Positions 35,357 through 46,735 of a stretch of 64,000 nucleotides of DNA are shown here, piece by piece. Numbering within the stretch: position 1 is the stretch's first letter; every line of letters starts with the position of its first letter. The translations under genes and the position numbers were made by a program. The stretch is taken from NCBI GenBank assembly GCA_964291215.2, contig OZ219791.1:1920001-1984000 (forward strand), written 5' to 3'. The notes under the pieces are model-generated. The model worked only from the letters and a program-made list of their open reading frames with translations. It had not been told where the DNA came from and did not search any database. The stretch comes from Alphaproteobacteria bacterium. Its GTDB lineage: Bacteria > Pseudomonadota > Alphaproteobacteria > MPNO01 > UBA830.

Positions 35357-37512
35357 GTAAGCGTTCGTTCGTGCGGTGATGACGATCTGCGCCGAGGTTT
35401 GTTTTGGTGATTCGGAGAAGGGGGCCGATAATTTTTTTGGCGGTGCCATCAGGTCGTGCATGGTCATGTGCATCGAGGATTTCGTGTCATCATCGGGTGC
35501 GGACGCCGCTGGCGACGTGCCGCGGTCGTCGTGTCGTGATTCGGCCACCTGGAAATCCCTGTACGATCGCGAGCGTATTCGAGCCGAGGCGGCGGAGGGT
35601 CTCTGTGAGGAGCTGCGCTTGCAGGAGGTGGAGGAGCGCAGCCGCACGAATTCCCTGAAGGCGATTTTCGAGAGCAATCGTGAGAAGCTGTCAGCTGCCC
35701 GTGCGGAGGTCAGGGAAGTTCGGCGGACGGCGAAGCAGTCTCTTGCGCTGAAGCAGGAGGTTGCGCGTCCGGGCCAGCTTCTTGCCGAGGCCGGCGCGCG
35801 GAAGCGGTCGACGGTGGTGTCGCTGCGCATGGAGAATGCCAGCCTGAAGACCGCGATGAAGGTTCTGGAGGGTCGGGGCGCTCGAGGCGGAGAACGACAA
35901 GCTTCGTTCGAACAGGTCGTACGGGCGCAAGAGCGAGAAGAGGCAGCGGGCGTCATCGAAGCGCGGCCAGCAGTGCGGCACTCCTGGCCGCGGCCGGCGC
36001 TCGAGGAGGTGGAGGAGCGGCTGGAGGTGGCAGAGGACGCCTGCTCGTGCTGCGTTGCCAACGGTTCGCACCAGGATCATCGTGATCAAAAGCGGCGGAT
36101 TGTCCGCCGGGGCTGTGACTGCCCCGGTTCACCGAGCGAGGTGGCGGCCGGCACCGCATTCGGGTGTGGACGCATGTGCTGCACGAGCGCGTGCATGCGG
36201 CCCTTGCGCCGCGTCCAGGGGCTTTCGCCGGGAACGCTGGCCAGCGAGCCGGATGCTGCCCCTGTTCGAGCCGCTTCGGGACGGGACCCCCGCGCACCGG
36301 GGTCTGCGCCATGCCGATGCATCCGGGCCCCGAGGGAGGTCCGGAAGTCGTGCCTGGCTCCGGACATCGGTCAGCCGTGACGCGGTCCTCTTCCACCCCT
36401 CGCGCAGCGCCGAGGTCGCGGCGAAGCTGTTCGCGGACGCCCCCATGTCTGCGACCGCTACGGCGCCTGCAAGAAGCTGGCGCGCCTGTGGTCCTTCATC
36501 ATCCTGTGCTGTTGCCGGGTGCATTGTCGGCGCGACTTTCCGGGCTGCGCTGGCCGCAGCTGGAGGGGTGGGAATGGATCGATCGCGGAGATCTGCCGCC
36601 TGAACACGGCTCGACTGTCTTGATTCCGGCGGCGTTCGAGGCCGCGCAGGCGGCGCTGGAGACTGCGGTCGCTGTTTGCGGAAGCGCCGAGGCTTCCGAA
36701 AGCGGCGCCGGAAGGCAGGCCGCTGCGCTCAACCATCGCGTGTTCGTCGACCATGGACAACAATTTCGGGGAAAGGGCTGTCAGGGGCCCGGGCGGAAGC
36801 CCGGCTTCGGTTCCGACAGCATGGACGGCTGTCATGTACACGGCACGGTCGCGAGGGGCGGCCTCGACATTCTGCGCTGGCGCCTGCGCGGAGAACGGCG
36901 GCCCGGCGATCTGTCGCCCTGGTTGCTGTGAGCCCGGAGAGGCGGCGGAGATTCGCAGCGCCGCCGTGAGGTCGAGGGCGCGACTTCATGGTCGCGCAGT
37001 GCTGCGACGATCACGGAGCGGATCCCATCGCCCGCGCCTTCTGCCGCCGCCAGCCCCGAAGCTGATCACGTCGGACACCGAGCCGCCGCTCCGAAGACCC
37101 TCGACGAGCTCCGCCCGCTGACACTACCTCGGATACACGCGCCTGGTCGGCGCGCAGATGCGCTACCATGCGGCGAGCCGCTGCTTCTCGACCGCCGCAT
37201 GGACCGCGCGCTATAACACCACGCCCGTGCCCGCTACGACCGACATGACAGAAGCCGAAGAAGGACATCTGGCCCGCTCCGCAAGGACTGGAAGCGGACC
37301 CTTTGAACCCTGCAACCGGCACAGGATGGCGCTCAGCTCCTCCTCCGCAGCGCCGAGACAAAACCGCAACCAATGCGGAAAACACGGCATGGCGCCAGTG
37401 CCCCTCACCGCGCATCCCGGTGCACGAAACCGCTCCGGGTGACGCTGGAACTCCCTGACAAAAGCCCGTCAAACGGACGAAAACAACAACACCTCACCGC
37501 ACGAACGCTTAC
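35357..37512 (+). mobile_element. IS66-family element (second type) with coiled-coil transposase and downstream DUF4338 remnant, heavily degenerate
   Basis: Terminal repeats GTAAGCGTTCGTTCGTGCGGTGA / GTAAGCGTTCGTGCGGTGA. Fragments FHPSRSAEVA, MDNNFGERAVRGP, HYLGYTRLVGAQMRY, KPKKDIW. No matching target duplication. Confidence 0.85.
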
Positions 37513-37582
37513 GTTCAGCTTCATAACCGAACTGAATCACAAACCCTTGAAACCGGTCAACTCTTTTTGGGTCAGGCTCTAA
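37513..37582 (+). mobile_element. Possible IS5-family right-end remnant
   Basis: Ends TTTTTGGGTCAGGCTCTAA, resembling IS5-group termini (recognition from memory only). Confidence 0.4.
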
Positions 37583-37751
37583 GGTCGACAGCCGGTTTCA
37601 GCCGAGGCGGTTCATTGCGGACGGCACGGCGAACATTCACCGGTTCATTGTAGTGGCAGCGTATTTCAAGGGATCAGGGGATTTGACTGTGGGCCGGAGC
37701 TGGGGATTGAGTCCGGGTTTGATGACGGGAGGCGCGCTGGAGACCCTCGGT

Positions 37752-38705
37752 CTACCTGAGCCGTTCGACAAAAAGGCTCCAGAAGTATTCGGCGGCACCC
37801 TCCATGGTGAGAGGGCTGTCGCCGGCTCGTCCGAAATGCGCCATCCCCAGAGGCTGGAGAAGCAGCGTGTAGCCGTCGTCGGACACGGACATCGACTCAT
37901 TGTAACTGTTCCCGCTGCCCAGACCGCCTGACGAGTAGTAGACCCCGTCGGTGCCCAAAGGGCCGCCCAACCAGATGCCGCAAACTGCCCGTTCCTCGCC
38001 CCCGACGAAGGCTCTCGCCTCGAAGCGGTTGGCGTCGACCTGTCGAAAGCTGGTTTCCACCCTGTCGTTTCGTGCTTGGAGTTCATTCAAGGAGTTCTCG
38101 AAATAACGGGCGACATACTCGAACGATGCACCAAGAAAGGCGTGGCGATCGCGGTCGGTGAACTCGGTCCTGATCCTGAGATTGCTCGAACGCGGACCTG
38201 ACGCTGCCGCGTCGGCGCGGGCGGCGGCAGATTCCGTAGGTTCCGCTACAGAAGACCGGGTGTGTGCCGTGTGTGCTGTGTCCGCCACCTGGCGAATGGC
38301 TTGGGCGACTTCCAGAAAGCCGTCGTCCAGGATTGCATGCTTGGTGACGGGCTTACCGTCCTCGGGGACTGCCATCAGGCGGCCGAATGGCGCTCCTTTC
38401 CAATCGCAGGGGCGGAGGATGACGGGGATGACGCGAGCTTCGCCGCGACCGTGACGCTCCAGCGCGCGCGTTATCTCGACATCGTAGCAATAGTCGGAGG
38501 CGATGAAGTCGGCGCTGACCAGCAACAGGATGATGTCGGCCGTGTCGAGTTGCTCGCTGATCTGGTCGTGGAGTCCGTCGCCCGGAACGATGCGGCGGTC
38601 GTGCCAGGTGGTGATCGCACCCTGGCGTTTCAGGCCCGCAAGGTACTTCTCGAGCTCGTTTCTGAGATCTTCGTCCGTGTGCGAATAGGACATGAAGACA
38701 TGCAT
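37752..38705 (-). CDS. TIR domain-containing protein with unassigned C-terminal domain
   Basis: VFMSYSHTD, WHDRRI, ADIILLLVSADFIASDYCYDVE, VIPVILRPCDW; intact ORF. Confidence 0.9.
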   Translation of the reverse strand: MHVFMSYSHTDEDLRNELEKYLAGLKRQGAITTWHDRRIVPGDGLHDQISEQLDTADIILLLVSADFIASDYCYDVEITRALERHGRGEARVIPVILRPCDWKGAPFGRLMAVPEDGKPVTKHAILDDGFLEVAQAIRQVADTAHTAHTRSSVAEPTESAAARADAAASGPRSSNLRIRTEFTDRDRHAFLGASFEYVARYFENSLNELQARNDRVETSFRQVDANRFEARAFVGGEERAVCGIWLGGPLGTDGVYYSSGGLGSGNSYNESMSVSDDGYTLLLQPLGMAHFGRAGDSPLTMEGAAEYFWSLFVERLR

Positions 38706-38910
38706 GGCTGCTGGAACTCCCTGGTGGCTCCGTGACAATTCGGCCTTGAGGGCCGGAGGCGTGCTGGATCGTCCGCAGCGCGGCCCGGCCGAAAATAGTG
38801 GTTTATGCCGTTACTGCCTCGAAATGGGAACGATGTCGCTGAAGCTCAATGCGCAACGGCGAACACGAGGGGTTTCTCTTGCGCGCAAGGCTACAAGCTC
38901 TTTGCGCCAT

Positions 38911-39240
38911 TCAGGAGCGATAGACCAGTTCGGGGAGCACGATGCTCCAACGGTCCCGGCGGAGCCGGGATCGGAAGTCCTCGCCGGAATCCGATTGAAA
39001 GCGCGTTGCGATCGCATAAGCGCTGCCGTCCACGAAGGTAGAACCTTCTGGCGGCGCGAACTTCCTGGCCAGGCGCCCGATCGCAACGCTATCCCGGTCG
39101 ACGCTCAACCGACGGTCGCCGTCCTGTTTGAGGTCGACAGCATCGCCCGTCGCAATTCTGTCGAGGGACCGCAGCGCCCGATGTCCATGGGCCAGTCGCC
39201 CCGTGAATTCCAAATCGACCTCCGAGGGATTGAGCGTCCG
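38911..39240 (-). pseudogene. 3' remnant of a large RecQ/UvrD-type helicase gene, truncated by IS1634
   Basis: LNPSEVDLEFTGR..GDAV..IGRLARKF.PP..WSIVLPELVY* resembles the C-terminus of large RecQ-family fusion helicases; the frame is open up to the IS end at 39241. Confidence 0.55.
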
Positions 39241-41041
39241 CTAGACCGAAGTTCCGTATGATTTCAGCGGGAGAATCACACCAAGTGATTATTGGTAAAA
39301 TTGCATGATGGCGACATGGATATATTCCCATGTAACGGTGAATTTTACTCTTTACAAAATACGATGCAATGCCTGTATGCGTTGCCATGTGCGTCGACAT
39401 CGTCCCCAACCGCAATTCGCCCCCCGCCGTCCTCCTGAGCGAAGGATGGCGCGAGAACGGAAAGGTCAGGAAACGCACCATCGCCAATCTTTCCTCCTGG
39501 CCCATGGAGAAGGTGGAGACCCTGCGGCGTCTCTTGAAGAACGAACCCCTGGTTAGCCGTGCCGATGCCTTCGACATCGTCCGCTCCCTTCCTCATGGCC
39601 ATGTGGCCGCGGTGCTGGGAACCCTGAAGAAGCTGGACCGGCGGATCGACCCGAAGCCCTCTCCCAGGCGGGACCGGGTGCTGGCCCTGATCGTGGCGAG
39701 GCACCCGCTTCGAAGCTGGCCACGGGGCTGGCCGAGGCCACCGCGGCGAGTACCCTGGGCGAGATCCTCGAGGCGGAAGGGGACGACCTCTACGACGCCT
39801 GGCTCCTGGAGCGCCAGGAGAGGATCGAGCGGTCTCTGGCGGCACCTCGAAGAGGGCTGTCTGGTGCTCCTGACCTCGGTGTGGATGGAGGGACGAAAGT
39901 GTCCCTTGGCCCGACGCGGGCACTCCCGGGATGGCAAGAAGGGCAAGCTGCAGTCGGCCTTCTGTGTGATCGGGACGGGTGTCGGTGCGGGTGTTCCCCG
40001 GCAACACGGCGGATCCGGCCACGGTGTCCTCACAGATCGCCACGCTGCGGGAGCGGTTCTCCCTCGCGAAGGTGGTGGGGGACCGGGGGACCAAGGCGCG
40101 CGAGGAGGTCAAGCCTGCGGGCCAGCGCCTTGAGGGGCATCCGCGCCCTTGTGGAGGCCGGCGACGTCGAGATGTCGCTCTTCGACGAGAGAGACCTGGT
40201 GGAGATCACCAGCAATGCGTATCCCGGCGAACGCCTCATGGTGTGCCGCAACCCGCTGCTGGCCGAAGATCGGGCTCGCAAGCGCCAGGAACTGCTCAAG
40301 GCCACCGAGGCTTGAACCGATTGCCGCAGCGACACGGCGAGACAAGCGCCGCCTCGAGGGGGCCTTGAAGATCGGGGAGCGGGTCGGCAAGGTCATCGGC
40401 AGGTACAAGGTGGCGAAGCACTTCACGTGGTCCATCGACGATGACGGTGTCTTCACCTATGGGCGCGATGAGGCTGCCGCCGAGGCCAGGCTCCTCTACG
40501 TGATCCGCCTGCCGCAGAGCGCACTCGACGGTCCCGGCACGGTGCGCGCCTACAAGCGGTTGAGTTCGGTGGAACAGGCCTTCCGCAGCCTGAAGACCGT
40601 GGACCTGAAGGTGCGTCCCGTCTACCACCGCACCGGGCCCATGTCTTCCTGTGCATGCTCGCCTACTACATCGAATGGCACATGCGACTGAAGCCCATGC
40701 TGTTCGACGACGAGGATGCCGAAGGCGGCCGTCCGTCGTGGCGCCGGCAGAAGTCTCGGCGAGCACCCGGGCCAAGGCGGCAACGAAGAGGACGCCCGGG
40801 GGTGGCACAGCTTCCGTACCCTCATCGATGATCTCGCGACCATCACCCGCAACACCGTGGCGCCCCGCCTTGCGGGCGCCGAACCCTTCCAGGTCACCAC
40901 GCGGCCCACGCCGCTCCAGAGAAGGGCATTCAAACTCCTGGGCGTGCGCCTGTAGCGTTCTCGGTAGCGACACACCTGATTATTTCAAACGTCAATACAT
41001 TCATGATGATACGTCTGATCGGCGCTGGAAATTCGGGCTAG
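39241..41041 (+). mobile_element. IS1634-family element, degenerate
   Basis: Terminal repeats CTAGACCGAAGTTCC / CTAGCCCGAATTTCC; DIVPNRNSPPAVLL, RRGHSRDGKKG, YKRLSSVEQAFRSLKTVDLKVRPVYHR. Confidence 0.9.
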
Positions 41042-41157
41042 ATCTTTCTGCAATCGGCAACGTCCAGACTATTTCCGTCCAAGGCGCGATGCGCCACCGC
41101 CGGTCCGTCCTGTCGTGATCTGCAGGGACTAGGACCACGACGATCCCATGCTAATTC

Positions 41158-42803
41158 GTGCCCGCGCGGAAATGACCGTTTTGGCTGACCCTCCGGCGAA
41201 ATTTCTGGTTTGATCGCCCTTCCGGGTCCCGCCCCGTTTTCGGAGGGATTCCTGCTGATTCGCAGTGGTATCAGGGCTCTTTCAGCCGAGAAGCCGGACA
41301 AGCGGCTCCGTTCCTGCTCTCGGCGGGTGGGTGGGGTGGAGGGACGCCGCCGTCAGGCGGCGCGTTTTCGTCGTCGTCGGGCCTGTCTGTGCAACAGCAG
41401 GCGGTGGACATTGAAGGCCGCCATGGACAGCGCCACCATCCGCGCAAAGCCGTCCGCCCCACAGGACTCGGTCCATGCCGCGTTGCTCAAGATTATTGAT
41501 CGCCGACTCCACGGCCGGATGCTGTCGGCGCATCTCCCGGAACGTCGTCTCAGCTTCCCGTTCCCGGTCCGCCCGACCAAGCTTTCCCTTCTTCGGCAGC
41601 TCGTCCAGCAGCTCGTCCAGTGCAATCCGGGGACTGTGGAACCCGCGATCGAAACTGCACAGGTCGGGGAAGCGAGCCTGTGCTTCCCGGATCATGGGCA
41701 CCGCATGGTCCACGTCACTGCCCTCCCACAGGATTCGGTGGTGCAGGAGGAAGCCGTGCTGATCCTCCAGCACGGCCACCGGCACGCCGAGTTCCACCGG
41801 CACTTGCCCTTCACGCACCAGCGCTCCTCGAAGATCGAAAACACCTTCTCTTCCTGCGGGATCTTCTCGCCTTAGGCGGCGGTCTACTTGGTCGATCTGC
41901 CGGCGGGCATGGTACGACTGGATCTTGAGAATCCTCAAGGCTCCGACGCCCTTCTCCACAAGTGCCGGAACCGTCTTCTGCGCTCCAACTCCCGGCTGTC
42001 GTCGAGGTACCATCCTCCGAAGAGGCCCGCCGGGTCTGTCGAACCTTCTGAAAGCGCCTCTTCAGCCCGCGGCTCCGATGCTGCCACTGCCGCCACCCCC
42101 GCGAGCACGGCTGCGCGGCCGCGCACCAGACAACGCATCGCATCCCACAGCAGGTTGACGTCCGTCGGGTAATGCACTCCACCACAAACGAATCGCAGCG
42201 GCCCCGCAAGGGACCTTGCCGCTCTTGTACTTGCCGCTCTTGCGGACCATCGCATGGCCGCTCTCCGCCACCAGTTGCGATACCTTCTCCAGCACTTCCG
42301 GCGTCAGATGGCTCACGTTCTCCAGTACCGTCCGATACCTGTACCTCGTGTTGTCCCGGATATCGCCGTGGTCCAGGAACTTGCGAACCGTCTCGTTCAC
42401 CAGCTCGTGCAGATGATCAAGGTCATACCCCAAGCCCTGCTTCAGGACACCAGGATCTTCCACAGCGCCGGGACGCCCTTTCCTGTGGGACACTCTCGGA
42501 AGAATCCCCTCCTCCAGGATCTTGAACAGCCGGGTCGGCATACACGTGCTGAATCCCGCGCAGCATCGGTGGGATGTCATCCCGCGAGTCTTCGCTGAGA
42601 TCGATCTTCTCGATCGCAACCTGGCCCAATTCCAGCTGCGGGCGGATAACGTTTCGCATGGCAATTCTCGCGAAGTTTTCCGAAAATCCGGCGGATTCCC
42701 GGTCTGATCGGCCAATTCCCGCCCCAAAGCGAGATTCTTCGTCCCTTCTATATCAGGATTCCACAAGAAAAATCAAGCAATTTTATATTTTTTTCGCAGG
42801 CAC
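41158..42803 (-). mobile_element. ISNCY (ISDol1-like)/IS5-related element, degenerate
   Basis: Terminal repeats GTGCCCGCGCGGAAAT / GTGCCTGCGAAAAAAAT; 6-bp duplication TAATTC; SRDDIP, HYPTDVNLLWDA, SFDRGFHS, RRQHPAVESAINNLE. Confidence 0.85.
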
Positions 42804-43054
42804 TAATTCGGAGACGCGAAATCCGAATGCGTTGGGGCTCAGCTTATCACAGATCGCCTCCTTGATTGCAATTTTCGTGCCGAGAAGGTCCCATCGAGCC
42901 TTGGCGGCACGATTGCAGCGCGACGCAAACTGAAAAAATCTCGCCAGTCGTCGCCGGATTAGCAGCGTGTGATCACCGTGGACCAGGACAGGCTGGCATT
43001 GACGCTTCCTGCATTAGACCCTACATTGTTGGGACAGAGAGGAAGGGTGGCGCA

Positions 43055-43366
43055 GTGTTGAAGTTCAGCGATGTCGAAGCGCCGTCGAATGAGAGGGCGA
43101 CCGATCATATAGAGATGCGGGTGAGGCCGAGCGACAAGGAGCGCATTTCCTAGGCCGCCGAGCTGTCGGGCGTCAAGCTTGCAACGTTTGTCAGGGCGTC
43201 GGCTGCAAGGGAGGCCGAGCGCATCCTGCGCGAGCATCAGACCACGGCGCTTTCGGAGCGCGACAGGCAGATGCTGCTGGAGGCGCTTGACAATCCGCCG
43301 CCGCCTACACCAGCAGCCCGGGACGCGGTGCGCAGCTACCGCGCCCGGATTGCTAATGCAGGGTGA
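43055..43366 (+). pseudogene. DUF1778 (TacA/AtaR-like) antitoxin with in-frame TAG at 43151-43153
   Basis: IEMRVRPSDKERIS*AAELSGVKLATFVRASAAREAERIL..LSERDRQMLLEALDNPPPPT; overlaps the GNAT start. Confidence 0.85.
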
Positions 43367-43913
43367 TCGCGCGGCGGCTCCTGGAATCGTCATCGAACCG
43401 TTCGATCCCGGCCGACATGACCGGTCGGGCTTTACCTGCGGCACGGACCGTCTCGACAATTTTCTGCGGTTCAGCGCCAGAAAGCAGCAGAAGGACGACT
43501 TTACGAGAATATTCGTTGCAGTTGTCGAAGGATTGCCCAAGGTGCTCGGCTACTATGCGCTGAATGCTCACGCCGTCGCGACGGACGACTTCGGACAGGC
43601 CCGGCCCCGGCGGGCTCCCAATACCGGCAGCGTTCCGGCGCTTTATCTCTCCATGATTGCTGTGGATCGAAGCTGGCAAGGCCGGGGACTCGGCTCCGAC
43701 CTTGCGGTTGATACGCTCGGCCGCGCCCTGAGTGTGGCTGGTGAAATCGGTCTCAAGTTGGTTGTCTTGGACGTGATCGACGATGGTGGGAACGAGGCCT
43801 TCGCGCGCCGTATGACATTCTACCAGCGTCTGGGTTTCCAGAGCTTCCAGGACCGTCCGGAACGGATGTTCATCGCTATCGAAACGATCCGGGCCATGTT
43901 CAGTGAAAGATAG
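43356..43913 (+). CDS. GNAT acetyltransferase toxin (TacT/AtaT-like)
   Basis: HDRSGFTCG..LDNFL, LGYYAL, IAVDRSWQGRGLG, FYQRLGF; downstream of DUF1778. Confidence 0.9.
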   Translation: MQGDRAAAPGIVIEPFDPGRHDRSGFTCGTDRLDNFLRFSARKQQKDDFTRIFVAVVEGLPKVLGYYALNAHAVATDDFGQARPRRAPNTGSVPALYLSMIAVDRSWQGRGLGSDLAVDTLGRALSVAGEIGLKLVVLDVIDDGGNEAFARRMTFYQRLGFQSFQDRPERMFIAIETIRAMFSER

Positions 43914-43949
43914 TCGGGACAGTTTGACGCACAAAGTACCCGGTCGAAG

Positions 43950-44190
43950 GGAAGCAGCGCTCACACGCGAGCAACTTGCGCGTCTCGGGGCCGAACGGGA
44001 GACGTCTTGCCGAAATCGTAGCCCGACGGGCGGATTCAGAGGACGCGCGACGACCTCCGGCGCTGATCACCAGGCTTTCGCTGACGCTCGACAAGGTCGC
44101 GTTGTTCAGGTCCCTGTTTCGCAGCCGCGAGGATGTCTATCCGAAGCGCCAGGAAAACACCGGTACCGGCAACGCAGGCTATACGCCGGG
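43950..44190 (+). pseudogene. 5' remnant of a primase-like/DEAD-box helicase gene (TOTE conflict primase-type N-terminus)
   Basis: DKVALFRSLFRSREDVYPKRQENTGTGNAGYTP resembles the family motif LFRSLFRGREDVYP.RWEN..TGK.GY.P; nothing recognisable follows. Confidence 0.6.
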
Positions 44191-44828
44191 CCCGAGACTT
44201 CGCCCGGCGCGCGGATACCCGCGCGTCGCGACCGGCGCCCAAGCCGGAAACGGTCCTGTCGCGACGGCCACATGCGCCCGGGCTCGCTGCCTGTGGACCG
44301 GGAGGGCGCGCTCCAGCCCGGACGATCTCCGACCTGTTCCTAGCGGATATTTTGGGCGTCGCCAGGGGCGCCAACCGCAATGGTGCGACCTACTTCCAAT
44401 ACTGGTCCGGCGACCGGAGCACCTACCGCTACTGGATGACGCACAGCGTGTTCGGTGTGGCCGAAGAACCCGGGCGGCCGATGGCGCGCTTCGGGTTTGC
44501 AGGCGGAGACCTGACAGGGTCGCGGCTGCCAGCCAGCGCAACATGGATCGGGCGCATGGTGGGGCCGGCAGTCGAGGGAGCCGCAGCCGGAACTCGCGTG
44601 ATCAGCGAATTCGCCCGAACCCGCGAGCATCGCGTCGAAAAAGACGGATGCAGCACTTGTGACGAAACTGCGAACGGTACCGCCATACGAAGAGCCCGCA
44701 AATAAACGAGTCGCTTCGCATCCGAGCCCAGGGCCTTTAGCCAATCCTGGCGCGGGACAGCCGTGCGCTTTCCGCGGGTTCGAGATTTGGGCGGAGAGGA
44801 ACAGCCGATCGGGCCGCAGAAGAGACGG

Positions 44829-45353
44829 CTATCGCTTTCGACGCCGATTGCGGTTGTATTCGACCTCGTCGGGAGAGAGCTGAAAACCGAGAAAGATCTG
44901 CGTGGCGGGGCCGTCGGCGGGTGTCTTCAGCGGAATGAAGAGTTCAACGTCGTCGCGGTACGACATGCGTTTCTTGTCGGCGACGAGTTTCCCTTGAACG
45001 GGGAATATCTGCTTGTGTCCGGCCTGGTTCGCACGATCCGGCAATGCAACGAAATAGCTGAAGCTGATCGCGCCATCCGTTCCGGCAGGCCCGCGTTCAA
45101 CCTCAATTTCCGTGGCGAGCCGGACTTCCACACCCTGCTCCGAATATTCGCACAATCCCTGGTAACCGGTAAATCTGGCTTCGTAGGCCATGTCGCCGGC
45201 CGTGCGGCCGGAATCCTTTGCGAATCTGACGAGGTTGCTCGCATCGCCGACCAGCAAGGCCTGCGGACAGCGCGGCGACGCTTTGTCGACCGGATTGCTG
45301 CAGGCCGCAAGCACCACGCTCGCGGCCAGCGCCGCTGCAATGCTGTACTTCAT
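44829..45353 (-). CDS. Conserved alphaproteobacterial lipoprotein
   Basis: Signal peptide with lipobox LAAC; CP motif; C-terminal FLGFQLSPDEVEYNR. Confidence 0.8.
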   Translation of the reverse strand: MKYSIAAALAASVVLAACSNPVDKASPRCPQALLVGDASNLVRFAKDSGRTAGDMAYEARFTGYQGLCEYSEQGVEVRLATEIEVERGPAGTDGAISFSYFVALPDRANQAGHKQIFPVQGKLVADKKRMSYRDDVELFIPLKTPADGPATQIFLGFQLSPDEVEYNRNRRRKR

Positions 45354-45372
45354 GCGGCAGGGTATCCCGGTT

Positions 45373-45612
45373 TTAGACGTTCTTGTGCGAGCCGTCACAC
45401 ACCGGGATGTCGTTCGTGTGCTTGCATCCGCAGAACCAGATCGTGTCCGATTTTCCAGCTGCATACTGCACAGGGCTGAAGCCCGTCCCCTTGTGCGAGC
45501 CGTCGCAGAAGGGCTGTTCTTGGCTTCGGCCGCAGGCGCACCACCAGTATTCCTTGCCCTCCTCGACCTCCACGCCGAAAGGCGAACGTTGTGCCACCAC
45601 AGCTTCAGACAT
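45373..45612 (-). CDS. CDGSH iron-sulfur domain protein
   Basis: Two CDGSH motifs (WCACGRS..PFCDGSH; FCGCKHT..PVCDGSH). Confidence 0.95.
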   Translation of the reverse strand: MSEAVVAQRSPFGVEVEEGKEYWWCACGRSQEQPFCDGSHKGTGFSPVQYAAGKSDTIWFCGCKHTNDIPVCDGSHKNV

Positions 45613-45772
45613 TTGGCTTTCCTCCTGCGTCCGGCGCCACGCTTGCGGCGCGCTTGCCCTTGCCGACAGCCTAGCCGGCAAGGGCGGGAGTTTCAAGTTC
45701 CCGGTCCATGTACTACATTCCGGCGTTGCAAGGGCGGAAGAATGCTGTTCCGGCCTTCGTCGGAGGCGCACC

Positions 45773-46723
45773 ATGGAAAATCCCAAACCCGACCTGAAGA
45801 TCCTCCTTGCCGCGCCCCGCGGGTTCTGCGCCGGGGTCGATCGCGCGATCGATGTGGTTGAGCACGCCCTCGGGAAATACGGCGCTCCGGTCTACGTTCG
45901 TCACGAGATCGTTCACAACCGGCACGTCGTCGAATCGCTCAGGGAGAAAGGCGCGATATTCGTCGAGGAGCTGGACGAGGTTCCGCAGGACGTTCCCGTC
46001 GTGTTTTCCGCGCACGGCGTTCCGAAATCGGTCTTTTCCGAAGCCGAAAGCAGGAACATGTCCTATCTCGACGCGACCTGTCCGCTTGTTACCAAGGTGC
46101 ATGTCGATGTGCGGCGCCACCTCAAGGGGGGGAAGACCGTCATCATGATTGGCCATGCCGGCCATCCCGAAGTCATTGCGACCATGGGACAGTTCGAACC
46201 GGGACAGGTCATCCTCGTCGAGGATGCCGCGCAGGCGCATGATGTGGCGGTGCCGGATCCGGCCAGCATCGCCTATGTCACGCAGACGACGCTTTCCGTG
46301 GACGACACCGCCGAAGTCGTGTCGACCCTCCGGGACCGGTTCCCCGAAATCGCCGATCCTCCCAAGGACACGATCTGCTACGCGACGACCAACAGGCAGG
46401 CCGCGGTCAAGGACATGACTCCCGAATGCGATGCGATTGTCGTCCTCGGCGCGCCGAACTCGTCGAACTCCAACCGCTTGGTCGAAGTGGCGAAAAAGGC
46501 GGGATGCGCCAAGACCGTGCTGGTCGAGCATGCCGGGCAGGTCGAAGACGAATGGCTGGCCGGCGTCGCGACGCTCGGCATCACGGCCGGCGCCTCGGCG
46601 CCCGAGATTCTCGTCCAGGATCTCGTCGTGCGGTTGCAGTCAAACCGCTCGGTTATCACGGAGGAACGGAGGGTCGCGGAGGAGAACGTTACCTTCGGCA
46701 TGCCTTCGGCGCTTGCCTCCTGA
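45773..46723 (+). CDS. ispH: 4-hydroxy-3-methylbut-2-enyl diphosphate reductase
   Basis: PRGFCAGVDRA, DATCPLVTKVH, ICYATTNRQ, TAGASAPE. Confidence 0.97.
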   Translation: MENPKPDLKILLAAPRGFCAGVDRAIDVVEHALGKYGAPVYVRHEIVHNRHVVESLREKGAIFVEELDEVPQDVPVVFSAHGVPKSVFSEAESRNMSYLDATCPLVTKVHVDVRRHLKGGKTVIMIGHAGHPEVIATMGQFEPGQVILVEDAAQAHDVAVPDPASIAYVTQTTLSVDDTAEVVSTLRDRFPEIADPPKDTICYATTNRQAAVKDMTPECDAIVVLGAPNSSNSNRLVEVAKKAGCAKTVLVEHAGQVEDEWLAGVATLGITAGASAPEILVQDLVVRLQSNRSVITEERRVAEENVTFGMPSALAS

Positions 46724-46735
46724 CGAAACTGTCCC

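Noticed and set aside
36970-37310. Druantia defence system
   Set aside because: Only DUF4338 remnants inside IS ends are present; there is no DruE helicase or other dru gene.
43151-43153. Recoded TAG (pyrrolysine or alternative genetic code)
   Set aside because: TAG is used as a normal stop elsewhere (gcvT, GNAT, rnhA) and no pyl genes are seen.
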